A DNA stretch of 64,000 nt from Candidatus Nealsonbacteria bacterium (GCA_016188865.1 JACPGX010000002.1:66398-130397); one strand, 5' to 3'. Positions 9,800 through 18,969 are shown, numbered from the stretch's first letter. The notes: generated by a model from the sequence alone, not told the origin. Numbers and translations: made by a program.

Positions 9800-11103
9800 T
9801 ATTTTCTCCTGACCGCTCTTTGGGATTTATTAATCATAGCTTTAGCATTTCGCTCCAAATATTCAGCACTGTGAGCGATTCTGGCCACGCCCTGTTCTTG
9901 CGCTTTCATCCCCACGGCCACAGCTTCTTCAATAAATGCCTGTTTTTCTTTCATCGTCGGAAGAATATTATTTTCATCAATGCCGCGCTTCTGGGCAAAA
10001 TTTGCCAGAGATTCTGCCGCGGCAATGCACATCTCGTTGGTTATGGTTTTGGCCCTGACATCCAAAGCTCCGCGAAAAAGGGCCGGGAAAACTAAAGAAT
10101 TATTTACCTGATTAGGAAAATCCGAGCGGCCGGTAGCAACAATTCTTGCTCCGGATATTTTTGCTTCTTCCGGCCAAATTTCAGGATTGGGATTGGCGCA
10201 GGCAAAAACAATTGCGTCTTTATTCATCTCACTTATCCATTGCGGTAAAATAACTCCGGGGCCTGACTTCGACAAAGCAATGCAAACATCGGCTCCGCAA
10301 AGCGCCTCCCGGACGCTTCCTTTCCGCTGCTCTGGATTTGTGGTTTGGCAAAGCCTCCACTTGTCGGGATATTCTGTTTGTTTTTCTCCAATATCATTTC
10401 TTTCAAGATGCAAAATGCCCTTATCGTCAACTGCAATGCAATTTTGAGGTTTTATGCCTACAGAAAAAAACAAACGCGAAACAGCGATATTGGCAGCTCC
10501 CGTTCCAACGAAAACAATGGCGGCAGTTTCCAATCTCTTGCCAACTATTTGAAGGGCGTTAATTAGGCCGGCCAAAACAACTGTGGCTGTCCCCTGCTGG
10601 TCGTCATGCCAAACCGGAATCTCCATTTCCTTTCTTAATGTGTCTAAGATATAAAAACATTTGGGATTTTCAATATCCTCCAGATTTATGCCGCCAAACG
10701 ATGGCTGGAGCCATTTCACTGCTTGGATAATTTCTTCGGGATTTTTTGTGTCTAGGCATATGGGAACAGCATCAACGCCTCCTAGGTATTTAAACAAAAG
10801 CGCTTTGCCCTCCATCACGGGCAAACCAGCTTCAGGCCCGATATCTCCCAAGCCAAGAACTCTGGTGCCGTCTGAAACAATGGCAACGGTATTGCATTTA
10901 TTGGTCAAATCATAAACTCTGTCTTTTTCGGCCTTGATTACCCGACAGGGTTCAGCAACTCCCGGAGTATAGTAAACAGAAAAATCGTCTAATCCGGCGA
11001 TGGGCACCTTGGATGATGTTTGGATTTTCCCGCCGTAAAGCAAATGCCGCTTCATTGCCTCTTCGCCAAGCAATCTTGTTCTTTCCTGATTTTTATCTTC
11101 CAT
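9799..11103 (-). CDS. NAD(P)-dependent malic enzyme (short prokaryotic type)
   Basis: 434 aa. Malic-enzyme N-terminal and NAD-binding regions (YTPGVAEPC, VFVGTGAANIA). SD GGAGG. Promoter-like TTGACT-17-TATTAT upstream. Confidence 0.9.
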   Translation of the reverse strand: MEDKNQERTRLLGEEAMKRHLLYGGKIQTSSKVPIAGLDDFSVYYTPGVAEPCRVIKAEKDRVYDLTNKCNTVAIVSDGTRVLGLGDIGPEAGLPVMEGKALLFKYLGGVDAVPICLDTKNPEEIIQAVKWLQPSFGGINLEDIENPKCFYILDTLRKEMEIPVWHDDQQGTATVVLAGLINALQIVGKRLETAAIVFVGTGAANIAVSRLFFSVGIKPQNCIAVDDKGILHLERNDIGEKQTEYPDKWRLCQTTNPEQRKGSVREALCGADVCIALSKSGPGVILPQWISEMNKDAIVFACANPNPEIWPEEAKISGARIVATGRSDFPNQVNNSLVFPALFRGALDVRAKTITNEMCIAAAESLANFAQKRGIDENNILPTMKEKQAFIEEAVAVGMKAQEQGVARIAHSAEYLERNAKAMINKSQRAVRRK

Positions 11104-11193
11104 TTTTCCTCCTCACATTTTCAAAGTACTCTAACCTCAGCCATAATATAAAAAGCGACCATTGAAGTCAATGGCCGCTTTTGCTTAAAATTT

Positions 11194-12444
11194 TTAACAA
11201 ACTGTGCAGCGTCTGGCATCAACCACCCGTTTTACCGCTAAATCGAAAACTGCGTCGCGCAAATAAAGTCCTTTTTCTTGACTATACTGCCAGCCATACT
11301 CAAATATTTCTTTCATATGCTTTTGCAATTTTGCCAAAACCACTTTTTCCGGCCATTGCTCCCATTGCCTGTTTTGCACCATTTCATACCAAGAAACGTT
11401 TACTCCTCCGCCGCTGGCCATTGTGTCTGGAAGAACCACAATTTTCTTTCCCCTGAAAATCTCGTCAGCTTCTACGGTTGCGCAGATATTGCCGAGTTCG
11501 GCAAGAACCTGCGCGTTCATTGATTTTGCTCTTTGGGCCGTAATAGTCGTGCCAACAGCGGCTGAAATCCAAACATCGCATGGCATAGCAAATAATTCGT
11601 CGTGCGTAATAACTTTTCCCGTCTCAAGTTCTGCCAATGGTTTTTTGCCGCTTTCTTTTAGCTCAATGGCTCTTTCGATATCAATCCCTTCAAATCCATT
11701 TTCTTGGAAAATTGCCCCATGCGAATCAGAAAGGCCGATAATCTTTGCTCCATTTTTATAAAGAATCTTCACGGCTGGTATATTAACATTTCCAAATCCT
11801 TCGGCTATAATCCGACAATCTTTAACGTTTATTCCCAATTTCTTAAGGACTTCAAGAATCACCACAGCTCCGCCGGTCCCCGTTGCATCTTTACGGCCAT
11901 AAGAGCCGTGCAATTCAGTCGGTTTTCCGGTTACTGCCCCCCAGATGTTGGGAACGCCGCTTAAAAGAGAATATCTTTTCATCATCCAGCCCATCATTTC
12001 AGCGGTAACCCCGGCATCGGGCCCCAACACCGCCATCTCGGGCCCGATCAAATGAAAGGTTTCGTCAATAAATTTCTCGCAGATTTCTTTTAATTCTTTT
12101 CTCGTTAAAGTTTTGGGATCGCAATCAACTCCGCCCTTCATTCCCCCAAGGGGCAAGCCGTGAAAAGAATTTTTCCATGTCATGCCCTTGCCCAAACCCC
12201 TAAATTCATCAAGATTCACTTCCGGAAAAAATCTTGTTCCGCCCTTATACAAACCGAGGGTGCAATCATGCTGAACCAAATAGCCGTGGTATAGTTTCCC
12301 GTTCTCTAAAATCAGAGTAAAACTTAACTCCCGGCTGATCGCGCGCAGATAATCACGCATTGTTGAGTCGAGATGAAGTCTGGCAGCTGCTTGTTCAAAA
12401 TGATGCTCAATAATCTGAACGGGATTCATAATCTCCTTACTCAT
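11194..12444 (-). CDS. gdhA: glutamate dehydrogenase
   Basis: 416 aa. Active-site region LPLGGMKGGVDCDP and a Rossmann segment EGFGNVN. SD GGAGG. Confidence 0.95.
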   Translation of the reverse strand: MSKEIMNPVQIIEHHFEQAAARLHLDSTMRDYLRAISRELSFTLILENGKLYHGYLVQHDCTLGLYKGGTRFFPEVNLDEFRGLGKGMTWKNSFHGLPLGGMKGGVDCDPKTLTRKELKEICEKFIDETFHLIGPEMAVLGPDAGVTAEMMGWMMKRYSLLSGVPNIWGAVTGKPTELHGSYGRKDATGTGGAVVILEVLKKLGINVKDCRIIAEGFGNVNIPAVKILYKNGAKIIGLSDSHGAIFQENGFEGIDIERAIELKESGKKPLAELETGKVITHDELFAMPCDVWISAAVGTTITAQRAKSMNAQVLAELGNICATVEADEIFRGKKIVVLPDTMASGGGVNVSWYEMVQNRQWEQWPEKVVLAKLQKHMKEIFEYGWQYSQEKGLYLRDAVFDLAVKRVVDARRCTVC

Positions 12445-12552
12445 TTTTATAAGCCTCCTTTTTCAACGTACTAAATCATCATATAGCTTTTGCAAATGAA
12501 GCGTCAAGCAAATAAAAAAACCGGAAAACCCGCGAAAGACCTCGCGCAAGAC

Positions 12553-12577
12553 TCCGCGGAAGTTGGACTTCCGCGGA
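12553..12577. repeat. left palindromic hairpin of the RAYT unit
   Basis: TCCGCGGAAGT TGG ACTTCCGCGGA: 11-bp stem, 3-nt loop. Confidence 0.85.
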
Positions 12578-12601
12578 TCTGGTATGCTACGATATATTTA
12601 T

Positions 12602-13306
12602 ATGAAATTTGAAGAAAATAGCTATATACATATTTACGAACGAGGAAACCGTAAACAGCCAATTGTTTACGAACCGGCTGATTGGTGGCGTTTTGTGCTT
12701 ATGCTTCGTTATTTTAATGATGAATATTCTTGTTCTAATTTTTCCCGCGAATTAGAGGATCTGCGGAAGTCCGACTTCCGCGAACTCATCGATTGGCCGT
12801 CATGTTGGCCGAAACACAAACCTTTGGTAGGTATTTCGAATTTTACTCTTATGGAAAACCATTACCATTTGTTGTTAAGGGAACTTAGGGAGGGAAATAT
12901 TACAAAATTTATGCGTAAATTAAATACGGGCATGGCAAATTATATTAATACTAAATATAATCAAGTGGGGAGCTTATTTCAGGGTAATTATAAATCAAGA
13001 GTTGTGGAAACGGATAACGACTTAATGTATTTGAGCGTATATATCCAAGTAAAAAATACCTTTGAAAGATATCCGAATGGCGGAATGGAAAGAGCTCTGA
13101 AAGAATTTGATAAGGCGTATAGTTGGGCGGCACGAGACCCCTACACAAGCTTGGGAGATTATGCCGGAGAGCGAAATTCACTCATTATTACAAAAGACAT
13201 TCTATCCGAACTTTTACCAACCCCTAAAAAATACAAGGAATTTACAGAGCAATGCGTATTGAGGGAAGATCTAGTGGGGAGGCTTGGCAAATTAATACTT
13301 GATTGA
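12602..13306 (+). CDS. IS200-like / REP-associated tyrosine (HUH, Y1) transposase
   Basis: HUH motif in NHYHLLLRE. N-terminus YIHIYERGNRKQPIV and the Tyr-containing LMYLSVYIQVKN are typical of Y1 transposases. The start is uncertain (12563 TTG, 12584 ATG or 12602 ATG). Confidence 0.75.
   Translation: MKFEENSYIHIYERGNRKQPIVYEPADWWRFVLMLRYFNDEYSCSNFSRELEDLRKSDFRELIDWPSCWPKHKPLVGISNFTLMENHYHLLLRELREGNITKFMRKLNTGMANYINTKYNQVGSLFQGNYKSRVVETDNDLMYLSVYIQVKNTFERYPNGGMERALKEFDKAYSWAARDPYTSLGDYAGERNSLIITKDILSELLPTPKKYKEFTEQCVLREDLVGRLGKLILD
12763..12781. repeat. degenerate intragenic copy of the flanking hairpin
   Basis: GCGGAAGT CCG ACTTCCGC lies inside the transposase reading frame, where it encodes LRKSDFR. 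The surrounding roughly 30 nt closely resemble the flanking copies. Confidence 0.7.
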
Positions 13307-13307
13307 G

Positions 13308-13334
13308 ATCCGCGGAAGTTGGACTTCCGCGGAT
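13308..13334. repeat. right palindromic hairpin of the RAYT unit
   Basis: ATCCGCGGAAGT TGG ACTTCCGCGGAT: 12-bp stem, same loop orientation as the left copy. It starts 1 nt after the transposase stop. Confidence 0.85.
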
Positions 13335-13373
13335 TCTCTCAACGTACTAAATCAACATACAACAAAAAAGGAC

Positions 13374-13760
13374 TTATGGAAAGTCCTTTTGAATAAATTC
13401 AATAATCTCTTTGGTAGTAGAGCCCGGGCCAAACACTGCCCTTATCCCTGCTTTTTCCAGTAAAGGAATGTCTTCTTCGGGAATAATCCCGCCGGCTACA
13501 ACCATCACTTCTTTCAATTCTTTTCTTTTGAGTTCTTTCATAATTTCCATCAAGAGTTCCAAATGAGCTCCAGAAAGAATGCTCAATCCGATAACATCAA
13601 CGCTTTCCTCTAAAGCTGTCTTAACAATCATTTTTGGCGTTTGGCGGAGGCCGGTATAAATTACTTCCATGCCGGCATCCCGCAATGCTCTGGCTATTAT
13701 TTTTATGCCGCGGTCATGGCCATCCAAGCCGGGCTTTGCCAACAAAACTCTGATTTTCAT
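13374..13760 (-). CDS. methylmalonyl-CoA mutase, B12-binding small subunit
   Basis: 128 aa. Cobalamin-binding DxHxxG motif in LDGHDRGIKII. Confidence 0.9.
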   Translation of the reverse strand: MKIRVLLAKPGLDGHDRGIKIIARALRDAGMEVIYTGLRQTPKMIVKTALEESVDVIGLSILSGAHLELLMEIMKELKRKELKEVMVVAGGIIPEEDIPLLEKAGIRAVFGPGSTTKEIIEFIQKDFP

Positions 13761-14125
13761 TTTTGCACCAGCTCCACAAGAACTCCGCTAGTGTCTTTAG
13801 GGTGTATAAAGCCCACTTTCCCGACTAAACCGTTTCTTACTTTTTTGCCAATGATAATTTCTTCGTTGATCTTATCAACCTCAAAAGCAATATGGTGCAA
13901 GCCTTCGCCTTTTTTCTCTAAAAATTTTGTAATCGTACTTTCTGAATCGACAGGCTCCAAAAGTTCAATTTTCACCCTGCCCACGCGCAAAATAGCTGCT
14001 TTAACTTTTTGCTCTGGCACAATTTCTATTTTTGATGGCTTAAGGCCGAATAAATTATGCCAAACCTTCAGCGTCTCATCTAAATTTTTAACGGCAAGAG
14101 CAATATGGTCCACCCTCTTTATCAT
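13757..14125 (-). CDS. mce: methylmalonyl-CoA epimerase (VOC/glyoxalase fold)
   Basis: 122 aa. N-terminus IKRVDHIALAVKNLDETL and a later GLHHIAFEVD. Sits between the carboxyltransferase and the mutase small subunit. Confidence 0.85.
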   Translation of the reverse strand: MIKRVDHIALAVKNLDETLKVWHNLFGLKPSKIEIVPEQKVKAAILRVGRVKIELLEPVDSESTITKFLEKKGEGLHHIAFEVDKINEEIIIGKKVRNGLVGKVGFIHPKDTSGVLVELVQK

Positions 14126-14136
14126 TTTTCGCCTCC

Positions 14137-15570
14137 CTATAAAGGAATGTTGCCGTGCTTTTTCCAGGGATTTGCCTGCTTTTTGTTTTCCAATATCTCC
14201 AACGCTTTAATAATTTTTGCGCGCGTAAGCCCTGGTTTTATGACCTCATCGATGTAGCCGCGGCCAGCCGCTATTGTCGGCGCAGCTATCTTTTCACGAT
14301 AATCGTTAATCAGCTGTTTGCGGGTTTTATCCGGGTTTTCCGATTGAGCAATTTCTTTTTTATAAAGAAAATTAATTGCTTGTCCCGGGCCCATCACGGC
14401 TATTTCAGATGTTGGCCAGGCATAGTTAATGTCTCCCCTTAAACCGTGGCTAGACATAGCCACATAAGCTCCGCCATGAGCCTTGCGCAAAATTACTGAA
14501 ACCTTGGGCACTGTGGCTTCGGCATAGGCATAAAGAAGCTTGGCTCCGTGGCGAATAATGCCTCGGTATTCCTGATCAATGCCTGGCAAATATCCCGGCA
14601 CATCAATAAGGGTAACTAGGGGAATATTAAAGCAGTCGCAAAAACGGATAAACCTTGCGGCTTTATCTGAAGCGTCAATATCAATGGTGCCGGCCAAAAA
14701 ATTCGGCTGCTGGGCAATAATTCCCACCGCCCTGCCAGCCATTCGAGCAAAACCGACAATCAGATTTCTAGCAAATAATTCATGGACTTCCATAAAAGAT
14801 TTCTCGTCCGCAATCTTATCAATCACTTTATGCATATCGTAGGGTCTGCCCAAATCTTGAGGAACCGCCGCGGCTAATTCTTCCTGGAAAGACCGGCCTT
14901 CTGATGCTCCAGCCAGACGTAAAGCGGCTTTGCGGTTGTTTTGGGGAAGAAAAGATAAAAGCTGCCTGACCATGCTAAAACATTTTTTTTCATCGCCGGC
15001 AACAAAATGGCAATTGCCGCTTTTTTGGCTATGGACTAAGGCGCCTCCCAACTGCTCTAAAACTACTTCTTCGTGCGTAACTTCTTTGATGATAGCGGGT
15101 CCGGTAATGTACATTTGGCTTAACCCTTGCACCATAAAAACAAAATCAGTCAAAGCCGCCGAATAAACAGCGCCTCCGGCGCAGGGCCCTAAAATAACTG
15201 AAATTTGGGGAATCACGCCGGAATACAGGACATTACGCGTAAAAATTTGGCCATAGGCCTCCAAGCTATCAACGCCTTCTTGAATTCTGGCTCCGCCAGA
15301 TTCTAATAATCCGATAATGGGGGCGCCTGCCTGCGCCGCCAAATCCATTGCTCTGCATATTTTCTTAGAGGCGGCTAGAGATAAAGACCCCCCAGCAACC
15401 GTAAAATCATAAGCGAAAACAAAGACTTTTCTGTCTTTAATTTTACCGTAACCTGTAATAACTGAAATTCTCCCATCTGAATCAACCACGGAAGCATCGA
15501 GTTCTTCAAAGGTCATTAAATCCAGCAATATATTTATTCTGTCTCTGGCAGTTAATTTATTTTTACCCAT
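14137..15570 (-). CDS. methylmalonyl-CoA carboxyltransferase / propionyl-CoA carboxylase beta-type subunit
   Basis: Carboxyltransferase-domain protein (GGARIQEG, AFGGAYV-like GGAYVAMS). The ATG at 15570 (MGKNKLTARDRI) is preferred over the ORF-track start at 15630, which would overlap the mutase gene by 68 nt. Confidence 0.9.
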   Translation of the reverse strand: MGKNKLTARDRINILLDLMTFEELDASVVDSDGRISVITGYGKIKDRKVFVFAYDFTVAGGSLSLAASKKICRAMDLAAQAGAPIIGLLESGGARIQEGVDSLEAYGQIFTRNVLYSGVIPQISVILGPCAGGAVYSAALTDFVFMVQGLSQMYITGPAIIKEVTHEEVVLEQLGGALVHSQKSGNCHFVAGDEKKCFSMVRQLLSFLPQNNRKAALRLAGASEGRSFQEELAAAVPQDLGRPYDMHKVIDKIADEKSFMEVHELFARNLIVGFARMAGRAVGIIAQQPNFLAGTIDIDASDKAARFIRFCDCFNIPLVTLIDVPGYLPGIDQEYRGIIRHGAKLLYAYAEATVPKVSVILRKAHGGAYVAMSSHGLRGDINYAWPTSEIAVMGPGQAINFLYKKEIAQSENPDKTRKQLINDYREKIAAPTIAAGRGYIDEVIKPGLTRAKIIKALEILENKKQANPWKKHGNIPL

Positions 15571-17077
15571 TGCCCGCACCCTCTTTCCAACAATTTTCTT
15601 TGTATTCTCCAAAAAATTTGCGAAGCACATTGCAAATCTCTCCTATGGTAGCGTAATTTTCCGCGCACTCAATAAAAGCCGGCATGGTGTTTTCATTAGT
15701 CTCTGCTACGGCTTTAAGATGGTTGAGAGCTAGCTTCGTTTTCTGCTGGTTTCTTTCTTTTTTAATTTGCAGCAGTAATTTTATTTGTTTCTCTCTTGCC
15801 CCCGAATCAACCTTAGTCAATCTGCCTATTTTCTGATAAGGAGATTGAAATTCATTCAAGCCCACAACAATTTTCTTTTTTTCTTCAATCTCTTTTTGCG
15901 CATTGTAAGAACTTTCCTGAATTTCCCTCTGGATAAAACCATTTTCAATAGCTGAAGCTGCTCCGCCCATTTCATCAATTTTGGCAATGTATTTTTGAGC
16001 TTGCTCTCCCAAGGAGTCGGTCAAAGATTCCAGAGAATAAGAGCCGCCGAGAGCATCGGGATAATCAATAATTCCCGTTTCGCGAGCAATAATTTGCTGA
16101 GTGCGCAAGGCAATGGTTACTGCTTCTTCTGACGGCGTAGCATAAGCCTCGTCATAAGAATTGGTGTGCAAAGATTGCGCGCCTCCTAAAACAGCGGCTA
16201 ATGCCTGAAGCGTTATTCGGCTAATATTATTGAGCGGCTGCTCCCGCGTCAGAGTGTGGCCGCAAGTTTGCGCATGAAAACGAAGCATGCAGGAGCGGTC
16301 ATCTTTTGCTTTAAATCTTTCTTTCATTATTTTTGCCCAAAGACGGCGAGCCGCCCGAAATTTAGCCACTTCTTCTAAGAAATTAGTATGACTGGCAAAG
16401 AAAAAAGAAAGCCTTTGGGCAAAAACATCAACGTCCAATCCTTTATCTAGAGCGGCTTGGACATATGCTATGCCGTTAGCTAGGGTAAAAGCTACTTCCT
16501 GAACGGCTGAACAGCCCGCTTCCCTCATATGATAACCGCTGATGCTGGCCGTGTTCCATTGCGGAAGATATCGAGAGCAATATTCAATTAAGTCGGTAGC
16601 TAAACGCACTGATGGCTTAATGGGGAAAATATAAGTTCCCCTGGCAACATATTCTTTCAAAATATCGTTCTGGACAGTACCTCTTAATTTTTCCGAAGGG
16701 ACTTTATTTTTTTTAGCTAAAGCAATGTACATTGCCAGCAAAATCGGCGCTGTCGCATTAATGGTCATTGAAGTGCTCGCTTGGTCTAAGGGGATGCCTT
16801 GGAACAAAATTTCCATATCTTTGAGGGTATCGATTGGCACCCCAACTTTGCCCACTTCCGCCCGAGCTAAGGGGTGGTTTGAATCATAGCCAATCTGAGT
16901 CGGCAAATCAAAAGCAATGCTTAAGCCAGTTTGACCCTGCCTTAGCAAATACAAATAACGCTGGTTTGATTCTTCGGCCGAAGAAAAACCAGCGTACTGA
17001 CGCATTGTCCACAACTGCTTTTTATACATTAGGGGATAAATCCCCCGAGTGAAAGGATATTCTCCCGGATTTTCCAT
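15563..17077 (-). CDS. methylmalonyl-CoA mutase large (catalytic) subunit
   Basis: 504 aa. N-terminus PGEYPFTRGIYPLMYKKQLWTMRQYAGF is typical of the MCM TIM-barrel domain. Its ATG immediately follows the stop of the upstream gene (TAAATG). Confidence 0.95.
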   Translation of the reverse strand: MENPGEYPFTRGIYPLMYKKQLWTMRQYAGFSSAEESNQRYLYLLRQGQTGLSIAFDLPTQIGYDSNHPLARAEVGKVGVPIDTLKDMEILFQGIPLDQASTSMTINATAPILLAMYIALAKKNKVPSEKLRGTVQNDILKEYVARGTYIFPIKPSVRLATDLIEYCSRYLPQWNTASISGYHMREAGCSAVQEVAFTLANGIAYVQAALDKGLDVDVFAQRLSFFFASHTNFLEEVAKFRAARRLWAKIMKERFKAKDDRSCMLRFHAQTCGHTLTREQPLNNISRITLQALAAVLGGAQSLHTNSYDEAYATPSEEAVTIALRTQQIIARETGIIDYPDALGGSYSLESLTDSLGEQAQKYIAKIDEMGGAASAIENGFIQREIQESSYNAQKEIEEKKKIVVGLNEFQSPYQKIGRLTKVDSGAREKQIKLLLQIKKERNQQKTKLALNHLKAVAETNENTMPAFIECAENYATIGEICNVLRKFFGEYKENCWKEGAGNG

Positions 17078-17923
17078 TTATTTTGCTCCTTGCGTCAAAA
17101 TCCGATACCAGAAGTTTCTCCAATAAATTTTTACAATTGATTTCCAGCGCCGCTTGCCGTAAGAGTACCAATTTGGCCCGCAGGGCACGTAAAAACCGAT
17201 TTTCCTATCTGGCCCAATCAGTCTTTCCATTTTTTTATTCTCTATGCCCAAAAGCACTTGCGTTTCCAATTGCAATCCGTTAATAAGGCTTAAATCATGC
17301 GTAGCTATGGCCGGCAACTGTCCCTTTTCTTTTAGAAAAAGCGCTTGCTCAAAAAATCTTTTCCTAATCTCTTTTTCATCCTTTATGTCCCCCGGGTAAG
17401 CTGTACCCTTAACGAGCCGTATAGAAATGCCGGCTTCAGTAAACTGCTTAATTTCTTCCAATGTTTCATCAAGATTGATCTGGCAGCAGATCCTTAAATT
17501 TGAAAAATCTCTGGCAAGGGCTAAGGTAATCCCCCAGATGATTTTAGCGTAAGCGCGGTCTTCCCTGTCAATTTCAATTAAAGAATGGGGCAAATAAAGC
17601 TTGGCTCGTTTTAAAAGTATGGTTAAACAATTGCTGAAAAGATAAGGAGATAATATTATTCCCAACTGAGAAGGTTTGATGGCAATATGAACACCGTCTA
17701 AGCCCTCCCTAGCCAATTTACTTACAAGCTGCAAGTACTGGTAGAAAAAATTGCCGACTTCGTGACGATCTTCGACGTGTTCTCCTAAAATATTTATTAT
17801 CGCATAAATATTTTTTCCCTTGAGCTGATGCGCCACCCTGACGGCATCGTCTATGGTTTCTCCGGCCACAAAAGGCCTGGCGAAAAGATAAAATACTATT
17901 TTCCTTAATAATTTCATGCGCAA
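17078..17923 (-). CDS. proline dehydrogenase family protein (stand-alone, 281 aa)
   Basis: FVAGETIDDAVRVAHQLKGKNIYAIINILGEHV and IAIKPSQLG resemble the PutA-type ProDH barrel. First gene of the mutase operon. Confidence 0.65.
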   Translation of the reverse strand: MRMKLLRKIVFYLFARPFVAGETIDDAVRVAHQLKGKNIYAIINILGEHVEDRHEVGNFFYQYLQLVSKLAREGLDGVHIAIKPSQLGIILSPYLFSNCLTILLKRAKLYLPHSLIEIDREDRAYAKIIWGITLALARDFSNLRICCQINLDETLEEIKQFTEAGISIRLVKGTAYPGDIKDEKEIRKRFFEQALFLKEKGQLPAIATHDLSLINGLQLETQVLLGIENKKMERLIGPDRKIGFYVPCGPNWYSYGKRRWKSIVKIYWRNFWYRILTQGAK

Positions 17924-17957
17924 CTCCTCTACCGGATTTTCAAAGTACTAAATCAGT

Positions 17958-17987
17958 ATAGCCCCGCTCAAAACAAAAAGTCAACAA
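17958..17987 (-). promoter_or_regulatory. sigma70-like promoter of the proDH-mutase operon
   Basis: Read on the minus strand: TTGACT (17987-17982), an 18-nt spacer, then TATACT (17963-17958). The leader GATTTAGTACTTTGAAAATCC and an AGGAG SD follow. Confidence 0.55.
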
Positions 17988-18032
17988 AAATAAAAAAACT
18001 TACAGTGCCTTGGGCTCTGTAAGTTTATTCAG

Positions 18033-18959
18033 TTATATTTTACTATCCGGGTGCTGAAGCAGAAATTTTTCCGGAGGAATCAAATTTTCATCGGTTCTTT
18101 TTTCAAATCCTAAACGCCGTATATCATCGGCTTTTTCTCTCTGGATTTTCATCGCTTCCAGCTCATCCATAGCATCAAAATCATACAGTGATGGGATGGA
18201 AATGTCAGCCATGATCTTTGAGCCGGATCCTTTCTTTTTACCGTCTCTCCAATGCGGAGAAAGCACTAAAAGCCGGGTTCCCAGATAAACTGCCTCTTCA
18301 AGGTCGTGGGTAATAAAAAGAATCGTCATGTTCTCGCTTTTCCATATTTTTGCCAGAAGAAGCTGCAGCTGCCTCCTAACCCACGGATCAAGCGCGCTAA
18401 AAGGTTCGTCTAGAAGCAAGACTTTCGGCTTCATAATCAGGGCTTGGGCTATGGCCACTCTTTGCTGCATGCCGCCAGACAACTGATGGGGGTATTTATC
18501 AAGAACGCCTTCCAGCTCGAGCTGGCAGAGAATTTCTTCTGCTCTCACAAGATTATCCTTGCACTGGCGGGCATAAGAAAACATTGGCCTACCGCTAACT
18601 CTTGAGCAAACAGAGCTGACTGCTCTTTCTGTTATTGTGGAACTTGCTACATTCAAGCCGAACGCCACATTATTTAGAACCGTAAGGTGCGGGAAAACAG
18701 AATATTTTTGATAAACTACGCCGCAGTCTTTGTCGGGACGCAATTTCGGAGTTCCTCCGATAAACACTTTGCCATGGTTGGGAGATTCAGCCCCCAGCAG
18801 CAGCCTTAAAAATGTTGACTTGCCGCAGCCAGAAGGGCCGACTAAAGTCACGAGTTCGCCGGTTCTCACCTTAAGATCTATATCGTTAAGCACTATTTTC
18901 CCATCATAGCCGTGAGTTAAATGCTCCAAACGCAGCATGTATGAAAGCGTATTATCCAT
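18033..18959 (-). CDS. ABC transporter ATP-binding protein (NitT/TauT nitrate/sulfonate/bicarbonate type)
   Basis: Walker A GPSGCGKST, signature LSGGMQQR, Walker B LLLDEP. The ATG at 18959 follows a GGGGAGG SD. The ORF-track start at 19028 overlaps the permease gene. Confidence 0.9.
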   Translation of the reverse strand: MDNTLSYMLRLEHLTHGYDGKIVLNDIDLKVRTGELVTLVGPSGCGKSTFLRLLLGAESPNHGKVFIGGTPKLRPDKDCGVVYQKYSVFPHLTVLNNVAFGLNVASSTITERAVSSVCSRVSGRPMFSYARQCKDNLVRAEEILCQLELEGVLDKYPHQLSGGMQQRVAIAQALIMKPKVLLLDEPFSALDPWVRRQLQLLLAKIWKSENMTILFITHDLEEAVYLGTRLLVLSPHWRDGKKKGSGSKIMADISIPSLYDFDAMDELEAMKIQREKADDIRRLGFEKRTDENLIPPEKFLLQHPDSKI

Positions 18960-18969
18960 ATTTCCTCCC

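Larger units (their letters stand above)
12553..13334 (+). mobile_element. hairpin-flanked HUH/Y1 transposase unit (IS200/IS605 TnpA or REP-associated RAYT type)
   Basis: The same about 25-27 nt palindrome (A)TCCGCGGAAGT-TGG-ACTTCCGCGGA(T) sits at 12553-12577 and 13308-13334. The two copies bracket one HUH transposase gene. Confidence 0.7.

Noticed and set aside
13641-14210. Long antisense ORFs opposite strong genes. This 189-aa one is the example. Others are 5408-5887, 9000-9413, 20157-20555, 24130-24729, 28981-29526 and 41281-41745.
   Set aside because: Each is fully embedded opposite a gene with clear family motifs. They have low-complexity Ser/Pro/Leu-rich translations and no start signals, which is typical of shadow ORFs.
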